A DNA stretch of 54,865 nt, taken from assembly GCA_965656495.1 (NCBI GenBank), contig CBFHKU010000008.1:27739-82603 (forward strand), written 5' to 3'. This document shows, in pieces, positions 29,335-39,863 of the stretch. The notes below the pieces were generated by a model. It did not search any database. It was not told where the DNA came from and saw only the letters and a program-made list of their open reading frames with translations. How positions within the stretch are numbered: the stretch's first letter is position 1; every line of letters starts with the position of its first letter. The DNA comes from Coraliomargaritaceae bacterium (GTDB lineage: Bacteria; Verrucomicrobiota; Verrucomicrobiia; Opitutales; Coraliomargaritaceae). Position numbers and translations under genes: made by a program.

Positions 29335-29516
29335 TGTTTGGATCACAATTAAGAGTTAGAGAAAAACGCCTGCTTTTTCTCAAATCAACACCAAAGTCAA
29401 AAAATCTTGTTGCAAAAAAATAACGTGAGGGAAGCTTGAAATTTTACCAGTGAGCCCGTAAAACTTACGCTTCTTTTATTTACAACTACACCGCATCTTG
29501 AAATGCGTTATTACAC

Positions 29517-31418
29517 ATGAGCGACGAAACCCTTAATGATTCGCCTAAAAAGGTAGAAGAGCCTTTGGATTTAAACTCTCTGTCCAATTTGGATTTTGGC
29601 CCCTCATGGGCTGGCGACACGTCAGGTTCTTCGGCGGGAAACCGTCATAAGAATTACAAAGTCGAGAAGAACAGCGGGCACGATAGAAAAAGAAGTTCGG
29701 GCAGTCGCGACCGCCGGCCTTCGCGTCCGTCTAGGGACGGAAATAGCTCTGGTAGTGATGGCAACCGTACCGGCAAAAGAGGCACGGAGCATCGCGGTCG
29801 TCCAAGAGGGGGAAACAGTCGTGGTCAGAACAGCGATCACAAACGGAATATTTTTGAGCCAACCGTTAAGATTGATATCTACCCGCAGGATGAGGCTTTT
29901 GACGCTTTGGTTAAGCGCCTGCAGTCTACGGCTCGCACCTATCAATTATTTGAGATAACGAAATTACTGCTCGAAAAATACGAACGCTTCATCGTGGTGG
30001 TGTCGCCCAAAACCAAGGATGAGGCTGCGTCAAAGCTCTATTATTCAGTGCCGGGGCATCTGCCATTTGAAACCGAGGAGGCCGCCATCAATCATGTGCT
30101 GGCGAATCACTTGGAATTATTTTTTGAGGCAGAGACGGTTGAAGTTGAGGCGCCCAAAGGAAATTTCCTGATGGTGAATCGTTGCCCGTTCACTCAAGAA
30201 CTGCTGGGTCCACCCAACTACCACCGTTACTCCGAGTTCGTTCAACGGCATTTTGCAAACCGTATAACTGGTATGAGCTTGGAGCGATACCTTGAGAAGA
30301 TTGAGACAGTCAAAGAACAGGAAGTGATTGATGCATGGGTGAACTCAATGAAAGAGAGTGTTCGTTACACGGTTAAAGAACCGGCTGATGGTGAGCCTAC
30401 GGTGCTGGAAACATTGGAGGCGGCGCGTTTGTTTCTGCTGCAATATCGCAAGGCGGCCGTGGTTGGCTCAGGTGAATCCGTGCGTTTTGCAGGACGTGAT
30501 TTGGAACGTTTGCCAGCCGGTGATCTCCGCCGCTCAGTCGAAAGCTATGTGGAACAACAACGATATTTTCCGCTGGAAACAGCTAACAATATTCGGGGGC
30601 GTCTGCGTCGTCACAACTTTACCATTTATAAAAAAGGCGCAAAGAACGCTTCGTTTGTATGCGCAGTCAAACGCAAATTCCGTGATACGAACTCCGTATT
30701 TACCGATTCGATCCAAAGCTTAATCGATTTTATTGAAACGCATCCCGAGATTAAGGCTGCGGATTTGGCAAATTCCTATTTAGGGATTCAGATTCCGGAA
30801 AAGCAACCGGGCGAGCTCAAACTCGCGGAGCAAGACGCTGCAAGCAAGGAGGATTCTGAGGTAGAGAAGGGCGATGCCGAGTCGGGCACCCAGGAAGCGG
30901 CAAAGGAGGTGGAGCAAGCTGATGCCGCGAACCTCGCTGAAGCTGAATCGGCGCCTGAGGAAGGGGATGCTAATGCCAGAATTGATGCCAAGCCTGCCCT
31001 GACAGAAGCTCAGGAATCGGAATTGAAGCAATTAAAGATGGATCTACGTTGGCTTGTTACCGAGGGCTATGTCACCGAATACGGTGATGGACGTCTCTTT
31101 GCGCCATTGCCGATGCCACCTGCGAGCCCCAAGAGCAAGGATGCCAAGGCAGATGAGGCTGGTGTCGCAAATGGAATTGAAGCACCGATTCCCGTTGCGG
31201 AGGAGGCACCTGCTACGGCGAAGGTATCGACTGATGCGGTAGAAAGTGAAACTCCGGAGCCAGTCTCTCAGCAGGCTACAAGCGAAGTGGATGTCCCCGC
31301 CGAGGAGTCAACGCTTGCTGAAAGTGCGCCGGAAGCTCATGAACCGCAACAGTCGGCGGAAGCGCCGGTGCCATCTCAGGAATGCGACGCGGATAGCGCC
31401 GCAAATCCTAAGGACTAG
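29517..31418 (+). CDS. Hypothetical protein with disordered R/G/S-rich N-terminus and acidic C-terminus
   Basis: 633-aa ORF with a globular middle region and an LRWLVTEGYVTEYGDG segment. No family recognised. Confidence 0.75.
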   Translation: MSDETLNDSPKKVEEPLDLNSLSNLDFGPSWAGDTSGSSAGNRHKNYKVEKNSGHDRKRSSGSRDRRPSRPSRDGNSSGSDGNRTGKRGTEHRGRPRGGNSRGQNSDHKRNIFEPTVKIDIYPQDEAFDALVKRLQSTARTYQLFEITKLLLEKYERFIVVVSPKTKDEAASKLYYSVPGHLPFETEEAAINHVLANHLELFFEAETVEVEAPKGNFLMVNRCPFTQELLGPPNYHRYSEFVQRHFANRITGMSLERYLEKIETVKEQEVIDAWVNSMKESVRYTVKEPADGEPTVLETLEAARLFLLQYRKAAVVGSGESVRFAGRDLERLPAGDLRRSVESYVEQQRYFPLETANNIRGRLRRHNFTIYKKGAKNASFVCAVKRKFRDTNSVFTDSIQSLIDFIETHPEIKAADLANSYLGIQIPEKQPGELKLAEQDAASKEDSEVEKGDAESGTQEAAKEVEQADAANLAEAESAPEEGDANARIDAKPALTEAQESELKQLKMDLRWLVTEGYVTEYGDGRLFAPLPMPPASPKSKDAKADEAGVANGIEAPIPVAEEAPATAKVSTDAVESETPEPVSQQATSEVDVPAEESTLAESAPEAHEPQQSAEAPVPSQECDADSAANPKD

Positions 31419-31442
31419 GCCGCCAGAATAGATTCAGGCCAA

Positions 31443-32072
31443 CTAGTCTTGCCCCTTTGTTTCGCTAAGAGCCCGCAGGTAAATCGCACGGCTAATAAAG
31501 GCGTCGGTGGCGGCATATTTGATTTGCTTTTGATCCAATTGATCGCGTGCCCAGTTTGAGACCTGCGCGGCTTTACTGATTCTGCCTCCCAAGAGTAAGC
31601 CTGCGAGGGCGCGAAGCCCCCGGTTTTCATAGCCTAGCTCCAGTGTTAATTTGCTGATTTCTAAAAATCCACCGGCTTTAAAGTCTGAAAATTTTTGCAG
31701 TTGCTTGACGTCATCATGAATTCCGACTCCGCACTTGGTTACATCCGGCGACTCGAGGATCGGAATAAGTGGATCAAGGCTTTTGGTTTTTGAAATTCTA
31801 AAGAGAAAGACTTTATCAGCGGTCGCCATCTGAATTAAGGCGGGCGGGTAAAATTCACCGCGTTTAAAGGATGGGCGTGTCTCGGTGTCAAAACCAAGCA
31901 ACTGCTCTCCTGAAAGTTGCTTGGCGGCTATTTCCATTTGAGCAATGCTTTCGATCAATTCAATGGGACCTTCCCATGCAAGCAGTGGGAGTTCGTTGAT
32001 CTCCGCTTTTGAAATCTTTCTTTTTTCTGTAGGTTCCATTCTTTGGTGCTGGCTGACGGGTTTGTTATTCAT
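31443..32072 (-). CDS. DEDDy 3'-5' exonuclease (RNase D/WRN-exo-like)
   Basis: GFDTET, GVGIHDD, SNW..L...QIKYAATDA. Confidence 0.88.
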   Translation of the reverse strand: MNNKPVSQHQRMEPTEKRKISKAEINELPLLAWEGPIELIESIAQMEIAAKQLSGEQLLGFDTETRPSFKRGEFYPPALIQMATADKVFLFRISKTKSLDPLIPILESPDVTKCGVGIHDDVKQLQKFSDFKAGGFLEISKLTLELGYENRGLRALAGLLLGGRISKAAQVSNWARDQLDQKQIKYAATDAFISRAIYLRALSETKGQD

Positions 32073-33043
32073 GGCTGCACCGTCAGTCCATCATAAGCGA
32101 GGTGTATTTGCATTGGATAGTGTTCTTTGCCACTGGAGTCAGCATTCAGTTTAGTGCGATGTTTTTCAGCTGAGTTAAGGAGTGCATGTATCATGGCGTC
32201 ATTATTTGCGGGCTCATGGTGCGTGATGATCAGGTTTTTGACTTTAGCGCGGGATGCCAATTCAACCGCAGTAAGGACATCAGAGTGACCCCATTTTCTG
32301 TTTTCCTGACTAATTTGATGGAGCGCGTATTGTGCATCAAAGATTAGAATATCTGCCTCATTGAAAAATTCCAAAAAGGGGTAGTCGGATTTATCTGCGG
32401 CCTTGTGAGGGTGCTGGGAGTCCGTTGAAACAACAACCGATTCGCCGGCTTCCTCAAAACGAAAAGCCCATGAATGGTCGGGATGATCCTGTTTCAGGGT
32501 TTTGACGGCAAGGTTTCCTAGTTGGAAGTCCCTGTTTTCGTTTGTTATATCAAACTCGATATCCGCTGGCAAGGAATCGAAATCAATCGGGAAATATGGG
32601 GATTTCAGTAAATTACGCAGGGCATCTTCTGCTGCGTTGTGAAGGGAATGGATAATAATTTTGTTCCCGCTTTGGTAGGCTGGCTTAAAAAAGGGAAAGC
32701 CCTGAATATGATCCCAGTGCAAGTGCGTTAAAAACAAGTGGTAGGTATTTTCGGGGCAGTCATCGGGCAATGCGTCTGAGAAAGCTCTTAGACCGCTGCC
32801 GGCATCACAAAGTATTGCCATATTCTCGGAATTATGGATTTCGATACAACTGGTATTACCCTTGTATGTTCCGCGCAATGGAAAGGGAAGATGTGCGACA
32901 AAGTCATGAACGGCCTGCCGGTTGCCAAAGTTCATATCTTTGGCCTGCCACAGAACTTCTGTAAGTTTTTTATCTAATTGATTGGTGTTTAAGGGGGCAG
33001 GTATGGAACCCGTGCATCCCCAAAAGCTGGCTTTTAGTGACAT
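32069..33043 (-). CDS. MBL-fold metallo-hydrolase
   Basis: GNTSCIE, DAGSG, THLHWDHIQGFPFF, DAQY, WGHS, HHEP. Confidence 0.88.
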   Translation of the reverse strand: MSLKASFWGCTGSIPAPLNTNQLDKKLTEVLWQAKDMNFGNRQAVHDFVAHLPFPLRGTYKGNTSCIEIHNSENMAILCDAGSGLRAFSDALPDDCPENTYHLFLTHLHWDHIQGFPFFKPAYQSGNKIIIHSLHNAAEDALRNLLKSPYFPIDFDSLPADIEFDITNENRDFQLGNLAVKTLKQDHPDHSWAFRFEEAGESVVVSTDSQHPHKAADKSDYPFLEFFNEADILIFDAQYALHQISQENRKWGHSDVLTAVELASRAKVKNLIITHHEPANNDAMIHALLNSAEKHRTKLNADSSGKEHYPMQIHLAYDGLTVQP

Positions 33044-33097
33044 CGTATATAGGTTATGAAGTCTGGGTGTAACATTTTTTGGGTAGGGCTGAATTGC

Positions 33098-33778
33098 TTA
33101 GACGGGATCCGGCAGGCGTTTGCTGTGCGCGTAGGCGCGATGTGCCTTTACCTGTACAAACGTCTGCTCCTCAATAATATATGCAGTAAGTTTTCCTCCG
33201 TAAACGCAGCCGGTGTCAATCCCCAGTGAATTCTTTTCTTTGAAAACCTTGGGTCTGGGAGTGTGGCCGTAAATGACGAATGGCGGGCCCTTCCACTGTT
33301 TGGCCCACGTGGAGGCTTCAGGCGCATCCGAACGCTTGGCGGCCTTGCCGTGTTGGTCGATTACTTGAATATTGACCGCGACTTCTATCGGTTGGGCATA
33401 CCAAGGCGAGTTTGGTAAAAAGCCTCCGTGGACAAAGACAATGTCGCGATTCCCATCAAACTTAAATTTGGGTAGGCGTTCCAGATAATCCCAGTCCTCG
33501 GTATGCAACTGCCGAATGGTTTCGAGGTCGTAATCCTTAAGGATTTCTGGGCGGCTCTCCCTGAGGGCGGTTAAGAGCCGTAGCTCGTGGTTGCCGAGGA
33601 TGGACTCTATCTTGTAGGCTCTGGCCAGTTCAATAACGCGCCGACTTTGCGGTCCACGGTTTACCAAATCCCCCAACTGTATCACTCGGTCGCCTGATTT
33701 TAGGTTGAGCGCTTCGAGCAGCTCTTCCAGCTCATCGGCGCAGCCGTGGACGTCTCCGATCGCAATTGTTCTAGGCAT
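33098..33778 (-). CDS. Calcineurin-like metallophosphoesterase (ApaH/PrpE-like)
   Basis: IGDVHGC, GDLVNRGP, GNHE, YGHTP, IDTGCVYGGKLTA. Confidence 0.9.
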   Translation of the reverse strand: MPRTIAIGDVHGCADELEELLEALNLKSGDRVIQLGDLVNRGPQSRRVIELARAYKIESILGNHELRLLTALRESRPEILKDYDLETIRQLHTEDWDYLERLPKFKFDGNRDIVFVHGGFLPNSPWYAQPIEVAVNIQVIDQHGKAAKRSDAPEASTWAKQWKGPPFVIYGHTPRPKVFKEKNSLGIDTGCVYGGKLTAYIIEEQTFVQVKAHRAYAHSKRLPDPV

Positions 33779-33890
33779 ATCGCTTGCTGACTTGATGGAA
33801 TTTGCTGGATTGCATCTGATTAAGCTATTTGATGCGAACAAAGAAGGAGCTTGTGGAATAACTCACAATAAACGAACATTAACATCTTTC

Positions 33891-34406
33891 ATGGATTGGC
33901 AAATCAAAACAATGGCAGGTAAGTCCTCAGCAACATCTGCTGAATTCAAGCCGGGTGATACGGTACTCAGTTTGATTTACAAAGATACGAGCGATGACCT
34001 CTTGGCGCGGGTTGACTTGCTGGAGGGTGAGGTAGAGGGATTTGAATTACCGGGAGTGCCGCTTGGCCGCTGGAAACGTATAATCAAGGAAGACGGTTCT
34101 CAGGAATTAAACCCGCAGGAGCGAATGCTTGCGGCGGAGGATTTTTTCTTGTCGCTTTTTGAGGAAAGCAAAGCGGACGAAGCAGAAGCCGGCGAGGAAG
34201 AGCTTGAAGCCTTGAAGCATTTGCTGGCGCTCCTGCTTGAGCGCAAACGAGTTTTGCGGGCAGTGGGTTCGCGCGCCACAGAAGGTATGCAGTTATACCG
34301 GCACCCAAAGCTGGAGCGGGAGTTCGAAATCAAGGTAATGACGGTCTATCCAGAACTGATGCAAAGGATAATGGACACGATGGGGGACGTTTTTCTGCAA
34401 TCATGA
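33891..34406 (+). CDS. Hypothetical protein
   Basis: ATG 33891 (MDWQIK..) avoids overlap with the divergent gene. LALLLERKRVLR segment; ATGA overlap with the next gene. Confidence 0.65.
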   Translation: MDWQIKTMAGKSSATSAEFKPGDTVLSLIYKDTSDDLLARVDLLEGEVEGFELPGVPLGRWKRIIKEDGSQELNPQERMLAAEDFFLSLFEESKADEAEAGEEELEALKHLLALLLERKRVLRAVGSRATEGMQLYRHPKLEREFEIKVMTVYPELMQRIMDTMGDVFLQS

Positions 34407-34909
34407 AAATTGAAATGCGATTCAAATTTATAATTGTTCTGGTGATGCCGCTGCTGATTTTATGCGGCTGCCGAAAAGAAACTGCGCCTGAAAATTTGAG
34501 GGCACCGCGCCTTTATCTGGAGGGGCGTACGATGAACTATGGGGCTATGACACCCGCAAGAATTGTCATGCCCAAGAGCGGGACCATGATTGAGGTGATG
34601 AAGGAGCCGCTTGTGAATGAGTTTGAGATCGTTAATGCGGAATTGGTGAAGGTCGAATTGGGGATGGCACTTTTGCTTCAATTATCGGATCGCGGCGCTC
34701 GCAGTCTCTATCGTGCCTCAGTTACAAATACCGGAGGACGGGTCGTTTTAACCATAAACGGCAATCCAGTCGGTTTTCGTCGTTTGGATGGAGCCATTAA
34801 TGATGGAAATTTCTATTGTTTTGTAGAGATGAAGGATTCCGCTCTCGAGGAACTCGTTGTGGATCTAAAGGAGAGCCTTGCATATCTTAGGACGCAATCT
34901 GAGCGTTAA
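34403..34909 (+). CDS. Lipoprotein with SecD/SecF head-like domain
   Basis: LLILCG-C lipobox; LLQLSDRGARSLYRAS..N.GGRVVLTING resembles the SecDF P1 head. Confidence 0.6.
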   Translation: MKIEMRFKFIIVLVMPLLILCGCRKETAPENLRAPRLYLEGRTMNYGAMTPARIVMPKSGTMIEVMKEPLVNEFEIVNAELVKVELGMALLLQLSDRGARSLYRASVTNTGGRVVLTINGNPVGFRRLDGAINDGNFYCFVEMKDSALEELVVDLKESLAYLRTQSER

Positions 34910-34938
34910 ATGTAAGGACCAAGGGCGCTATACAAAAA

Positions 34939-35952
34939 GTGATGCGGTTGAAACTTTGCTACGTATTTTTCCTTGTGCCACTTCAAAGCGCTTTGCTGTT
35001 GGCAGAGCTTGTTTGGCCTACGCCCAATCAGGCCTTTTTGAAAGGCGAGCCGATTGAAGCCTTTGTGCAGGCAACAGCCTCAGGTAAAATCGAGTCGGGG
35101 CTTTTTGGATGCGTGCGTGAAGGGGGGCGGCGATTTCATGAAGGTTTGGATTTGTTTCCGATTGAACTCGATGCACGGGGTGAGGCCAAGGATTTGATTT
35201 TTTCAGTCTTACCGGGTCGGGTGGTTCATGTAAACGATCGGCCCGGATGGAGCAGTTATGGTCGCTACGTCGTTGTGCGCCATGAGGGTGAAAGTCCTGC
35301 TTTTCACAGCTTATATTCCCACCTGGCATCGGTTGACGTTGGTATAAAGGAAGGAGCGCGGGTCAAAGCGGGCACAGTTTTGGGCGTTATGGGCCGCTCG
35401 GCGGGTGGTTATGCCATCCCAAAATCAAGGGCACATTTGCATTTTGAAATAGGCTTAATGCTAAGTGATAACTTTGAGAGCTGGTTTAAGCGTCAAAATT
35501 TCAAAACCCCGAATCGCCACGGCCGGTGGAACGGGATGAATCTTGTGAGCGTTGACCCGCTTGGTTTTTATCAGGCGGTTCGCGCTGGAAATGTTCGCGA
35601 TTTCGATGCTTATCTGCATGCCTTGCCGGTTGCGGCACGGCTGCGGGTCTTTTTTGGCGAAACTCCCGCATTCGTACATAATTATCCATGCTTAGTATCC
35701 GGTAAACTGCGGGAGGGGAAATTGGTGGCATGGGATATCGCGTTTACCGACTTTGGAGTCCCTAAATCGTGGACCCCCCGATATGAAGCGGAGGGCATTC
35801 GGGGGAATCCCGGCGAAGTTCGAATTTTGAGTTATGCACCGGATCGCCTAAAACGGCAGCCTTGCCAGCGCGTTTTGGATTTCAAAGGGGAGGGTGTCGT
35901 ACTCTCGAAGCAGACGAAAACCGCGCTGGAGTTATTATTCGGCTTTCAATAA
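34939..35952 (+). CDS. M23-family metallopeptidase
   Basis: Signal peptide, HEGLD, YGRYVVV.H, YSHL, HLHFEI. Confidence 0.88.
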   Translation: MMRLKLCYVFFLVPLQSALLLAELVWPTPNQAFLKGEPIEAFVQATASGKIESGLFGCVREGGRRFHEGLDLFPIELDARGEAKDLIFSVLPGRVVHVNDRPGWSSYGRYVVVRHEGESPAFHSLYSHLASVDVGIKEGARVKAGTVLGVMGRSAGGYAIPKSRAHLHFEIGLMLSDNFESWFKRQNFKTPNRHGRWNGMNLVSVDPLGFYQAVRAGNVRDFDAYLHALPVAARLRVFFGETPAFVHNYPCLVSGKLREGKLVAWDIAFTDFGVPKSWTPRYEAEGIRGNPGEVRILSYAPDRLKRQPCQRVLDFKGEGVVLSKQTKTALELLFGFQ

Positions 35953-36639
35953 ATCCGCGGAGTTTGCAGGAAAGTCCCGCTTGGCCGCCTTGAGTAAGGA
36001 ACTGACTTGTGTGACGTTAAGACGGCACGCTCCGGCACGAATCAACGCGATGCAATCATTGATGCTACTGCCGGTGTAATGCGCAGTGATCGCGGTCTTT
36101 TTGGAGTAATGCTCATAACTGAGTTTAAGATCCTCAAAAGTGGAATCTTTTTCGCCAAGTGAGCATGCTATTTGAAGGAAATTTGCCCTTGCCGCTTCGA
36201 TTAAACTAATGGCCTTGAGCTTTTGTTTTTTTGCCAGATAAGATGTTTCAAGGATTAGCTTGGAACGAAGTTTGTGTTTTTCGGCAGCAGCAACCAAACA
36301 GGCGGCCTCTTCTGCAAAAAGGCTTTTTTCTCCAGCTCGGAGGGCGGCAAAGTTCATGACAACAGCGACCTCGGTTGCTCCGTTTTCAGCGGCGTTTTTG
36401 ATCGCACTTTTTTTTGCTTCGATACAAGAGCGCCCATGCGGGTAATCAATAACCGCGCAGATGGCGACTTCAGTATTGTAGAGGATGCTTGCGCAAAGGC
36501 TTACATTGTAAGGGTATACGCTGACCGACGCAAAGCCGGACTCTGCCGCCTGATCTGATAGCGCGCACAGATCGGCTTCCGTGGAATCCAATTGGAGGTT
36601 CGTTGCATCAAAATGTGCAAAAAGCTCTTTTAGGGACAT
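35935..36639 (-). CDS. DeoC-like TIM-barrel protein lacking catalytic residues
   Basis: DeoC motifs FASVSVYP, AVIDYPHG, GATEV.VV.N, KLILET and AGA.R are present, but the catalytic Lys and Asp positions are substituted. Confidence 0.75.
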   Translation of the reverse strand: MSLKELFAHFDATNLQLDSTEADLCALSDQAAESGFASVSVYPYNVSLCASILYNTEVAICAVIDYPHGRSCIEAKKSAIKNAAENGATEVAVVMNFAALRAGEKSLFAEEAACLVAAAEKHKLRSKLILETSYLAKKQKLKAISLIEAARANFLQIACSLGEKDSTFEDLKLSYEHYSKKTAITAHYTGSSINDCIALIRAGACRLNVTQVSSLLKAAKRDFPANSADLLKAE

Positions 36640-36784
36640 TTAGCGAAGGGATGGGTGAGGTTTAAATAAATGAAGTTTTGTGACATCAATGCAAACTTTT
36701 TGTCAGGACCGAGTGGATTCTTTTGCCTTTGCGGAGCGCTTTTCGCTTGTTTCATGAGCGGATGCTGTTTTGCTTTCGCGTTTT

Positions 36785-38569
36785 ATGAAGCGTACTCATC
36801 ATTGTTCACAGCTCACCAAAGAGGATGCTGGTAAGTCGGTCCAACTCTGTGGTTGGGTCGATTCCGTGCGTGATCACGGCGGTATTTTGTTTATTGATTT
36901 GCGCGACCGTGAAGGTCTCACGCAGATTGTGCTCGACCCTGCAAACAAGGAACTGGAGGCGAAGTTTGCCTCAATCAAGCCTGAATCCGTGATTGCGGTG
37001 AGCGGTGTCGTTAATGAACGTCTGGGTGATACGATCAATGAAGCGCTTGCGACGGGCGCGATTGAGGTACATGCCGAAACACTGGAAATCCTGAATATTT
37101 CCAAGACGCCTCCGTTTCCGATGGATGACTCTGCCGACAAGGTCGGGGAGGATCTGCGAATGACTTATCGCTATTTGGACTTACGGCGCAGTCGCAATTT
37201 GGAAATCCTGCGGCTCCGGCATCGGACCAGTCAGGCGATCCGCAATTTTATGGATGAGGCTGCGTTTATCGAGGTCGAGACGCCCATGCTTTTCAAAAGT
37301 ACGCCTGAGGGGGCGCGGGAATTTCTGGTGCCGAGCCGGATGAATCCGGGATCCTTCTACGCCTTGCCGCAATCACCCCAGCAATATAAGCAAATGCTGA
37401 TGGTCGCCGGGGTGGAGCGTTATTACCAATTGGCGCGTTGCTTCAGGGACGAGGACTTGCGCTCGGACCGCCAGCCTGAATTCACGCAGCTCGACATTGA
37501 ATTATCCTTCATTGATCGCGAGGACATGTATGCCCTGATCGAGGGCCTCATGAAACGCGTATGGCAGGATGTGCTTGGGGTCGAACTGGAGACGCCGTTT
37601 TTGCGGATGAGTTATTTTGACGCCATGAACCGCTTCGGGATTGATAAGCCCGATATGCGCTTTGGCATGGAGTTGCAGGATTGCGCGGAGGTTTTTGCAA
37701 ATTCTGAATTCAAAGTTTTTGCCGGGGCGCTCAAGGCGGGCGGGGCGGTCAAGGCCTTTAATGCGAAAGGTTTGGCAGACCTCACACAGGGCGAACTTCG
37801 CAGTTTGGAAGATGCCGCCAAATCGCACGGCGCCAAAGGTTTGGCGTTTATTAAATGTGAGGGCGGCGAATGGAAATCGCCCATTCTCAAGTTCCTCTCG
37901 GAGGATGAAAAGGAGGGTCTGCGTAGCCTGCTGAATATTGAAGACGGCGACATCGTCTTTTTTGCGGCGACTGAATGGGAACAAGCGTGCACGATTCTGG
38001 GACGCGTACGGCTTGATGCGGCGCAATTGCTCATCAAGCGCGGACTTTTAGAGTTGGATCCTGCGGATTATAAGTTCCTGTGGGTCATTGAGTTTCCGCT
38101 CATGCTATTTGATGAGGAGGCGAATCGTTTTGTAGCCTCGCACCACCCGTTTACCGCACCGGTTGAGGAGGATGTACCTTTGCTGGACAGCGATCCCAAG
38201 AAAGTCCGTGGCCAGCATTACGATCTGGTTCTCAACGGCGTGGAGCTTGGTGGCGGGTCGATTCGGATACACCAGCCACAAGTGCAGAAGAAGGTATTTG
38301 AAGAGGTTCTAAATATTGATCCGGAGGTGGTTGAAAGCCGCTTCGGCTACATGCTGAAGGCCTTTGAGTATGGCGCACCGCCACATGGTGGTATCGCCTT
38401 CGGGCTTGACCGGATGGTGACGATTCTCGCTCAACGGCAAAGTATTCGTGACGTAATCGCCTTCCCGAAAAACCAGAAGGGGCAGGAGATGATGACCGCG
38501 AGTCCGGGCACTGCGACGGATAAACAATTGCGCGACTTACACATTCGCTCGGTTCCACCCAAGGACTGA
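36785..38569 (+). CDS. aspS: Aspartate--tRNA ligase (probably non-discriminating)
   Basis: RTH.C, RDHGG, YRYLDLRR, LPQSPQ, CFRDEDLRSDRQPEFTQ, PPHGGIAFGLDR. The His in RDHGG suggests the non-discriminating type. Confidence 0.96.
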   Translation: MKRTHHCSQLTKEDAGKSVQLCGWVDSVRDHGGILFIDLRDREGLTQIVLDPANKELEAKFASIKPESVIAVSGVVNERLGDTINEALATGAIEVHAETLEILNISKTPPFPMDDSADKVGEDLRMTYRYLDLRRSRNLEILRLRHRTSQAIRNFMDEAAFIEVETPMLFKSTPEGAREFLVPSRMNPGSFYALPQSPQQYKQMLMVAGVERYYQLARCFRDEDLRSDRQPEFTQLDIELSFIDREDMYALIEGLMKRVWQDVLGVELETPFLRMSYFDAMNRFGIDKPDMRFGMELQDCAEVFANSEFKVFAGALKAGGAVKAFNAKGLADLTQGELRSLEDAAKSHGAKGLAFIKCEGGEWKSPILKFLSEDEKEGLRSLLNIEDGDIVFFAATEWEQACTILGRVRLDAAQLLIKRGLLELDPADYKFLWVIEFPLMLFDEEANRFVASHHPFTAPVEEDVPLLDSDPKKVRGQHYDLVLNGVELGGGSIRIHQPQVQKKVFEEVLNIDPEVVESRFGYMLKAFEYGAPPHGGIAFGLDRMVTILAQRQSIRDVIAFPKNQKGQEMMTASPGTATDKQLRDLHIRSVPPKD

Positions 38570-38585
38570 GCTACCCGGTGCGGGT

Positions 38586-39860
38586 TTAGTCTTTAAGCTC
38601 TCCGGTGCCGTGTAGCACGTATTTGTAGGTACACAATTCGTTGAGCCCCATTGGGCCACGTGCATGCAGGCGGTCGGTGGAAATCCCGATTTCAGCGCCA
38701 AGACCAAACTCGAATCCATCGGAGAAGCGCGTGCTGGCATTGTGGAAGACAGCAGCGGAATCAACCCCATTTAGAAACGCGCGGGCGGTTGCTGCATCGT
38801 GTGTTACGATGGTATCGGTATGCCCGGAGCCATTGGCATTGATTAAATCAATCGCGGCCTGCGCATCCGGCACGACTCCAATGGAGATGATGAGGTCGGT
38901 GTATTCGGTGGCAAAATCTTCTTGGGAGGCATCGACCAATGGCAAGCCCGTTCCGGTGAGCAAGGCTTTGGCGGCGTGATCTACACGAAGTTCCACCCCG
39001 GCCTCGTGCAGTGCCTTGGCGAGCCCGGGAAGCTGGGCGGCGGCATCCTGGTGGATGAGTAAATTCTCGGCGGCATTGCAAACACTCGGACGCTGCGTTT
39101 TGGAATTAATGACAATGGACTTCGCGAGCTCTGGATCGGAGTCGGCATCAACATATACCGAGCAAACGCCGGTGTAGTGCTTGATGACCGGAATGCGGCT
39201 GTTTTCTACGGTGAAGCGGATGAGCCCTTCGCCGCCGCGCGGAATGATGCAATGAATCGTATCATCCTGTTTCAGGAGAACGTTCAGGGCGGCACGGTCG
39301 GTGGTGGGAACGACCTGAACCGCGTCGGCATTGATCCCCGAAGCAGTGAGCGTTGTTTGAATCAGCTCCGCCAACTTCATGTTTGAATGAAATGCCTCTT
39401 TTCCGCCGCGAAGGATGGATGCGTTGCCCGATTTCAAGCAAAGGATTGCGCAATCAACCGTAACGTTTGGCCGTGATTCATAGATGATACCGATGACTCC
39501 CATGGGGACGCGGAGTTTACGAAGATCAAAGCCACGCGGTGGTTGCATCCGTTCGATTTCCTCACCCACGGGGTCGGGTAGGGAGGCGACTTGTCGCACA
39601 CCCTCAGCCATTTTCAAAATCCGCTCCGGCGTAAAGGTCAGGCGCTCAATCATCGGTTCCGATAAGCCGTTTTCCTCGGCAGCCGCCAGATCCTTGGCGT
39701 TCGCTGTTATGATGGCGTCTGTTTCAGCAACGAGTGTCTCGGCGAGTTGCTCGAGAAAGGCATTTTTTTTGTGGGTCTCAAGGGTGGCGAGTTCCAGCGA
39801 GGCCGCGCGCGCGCGTTGCGCGATATCAACAATAAGAGTTTCGATTGAATCCATGCTCAT
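38586..39860 (-). CDS. proA: Gamma-glutamyl phosphate reductase
   Basis: [57 protein letters not shown]. Confidence 0.96.
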   Translation of the reverse strand: MSMDSIETLIVDIAQRARAASLELATLETHKKNAFLEQLAETLVAETDAIITANAKDLAAAEENGLSEPMIERLTFTPERILKMAEGVRQVASLPDPVGEEIERMQPPRGFDLRKLRVPMGVIGIIYESRPNVTVDCAILCLKSGNASILRGGKEAFHSNMKLAELIQTTLTASGINADAVQVVPTTDRAALNVLLKQDDTIHCIIPRGGEGLIRFTVENSRIPVIKHYTGVCSVYVDADSDPELAKSIVINSKTQRPSVCNAAENLLIHQDAAAQLPGLAKALHEAGVELRVDHAAKALLTGTGLPLVDASQEDFATEYTDLIISIGVVPDAQAAIDLINANGSGHTDTIVTHDAATARAFLNGVDSAAVFHNASTRFSDGFEFGLGAEIGISTDRLHARGPMGLNELCTYKYVLHGTGELKD

Positions 39861-39863
39861 GTA

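Noticed and set aside
35935..36639. Functional deoC, or a pseudogene
   Set aside because: Catalytic residues are missing, so the gene symbol is withheld. The frame is intact, so it is not called a pseudogene.
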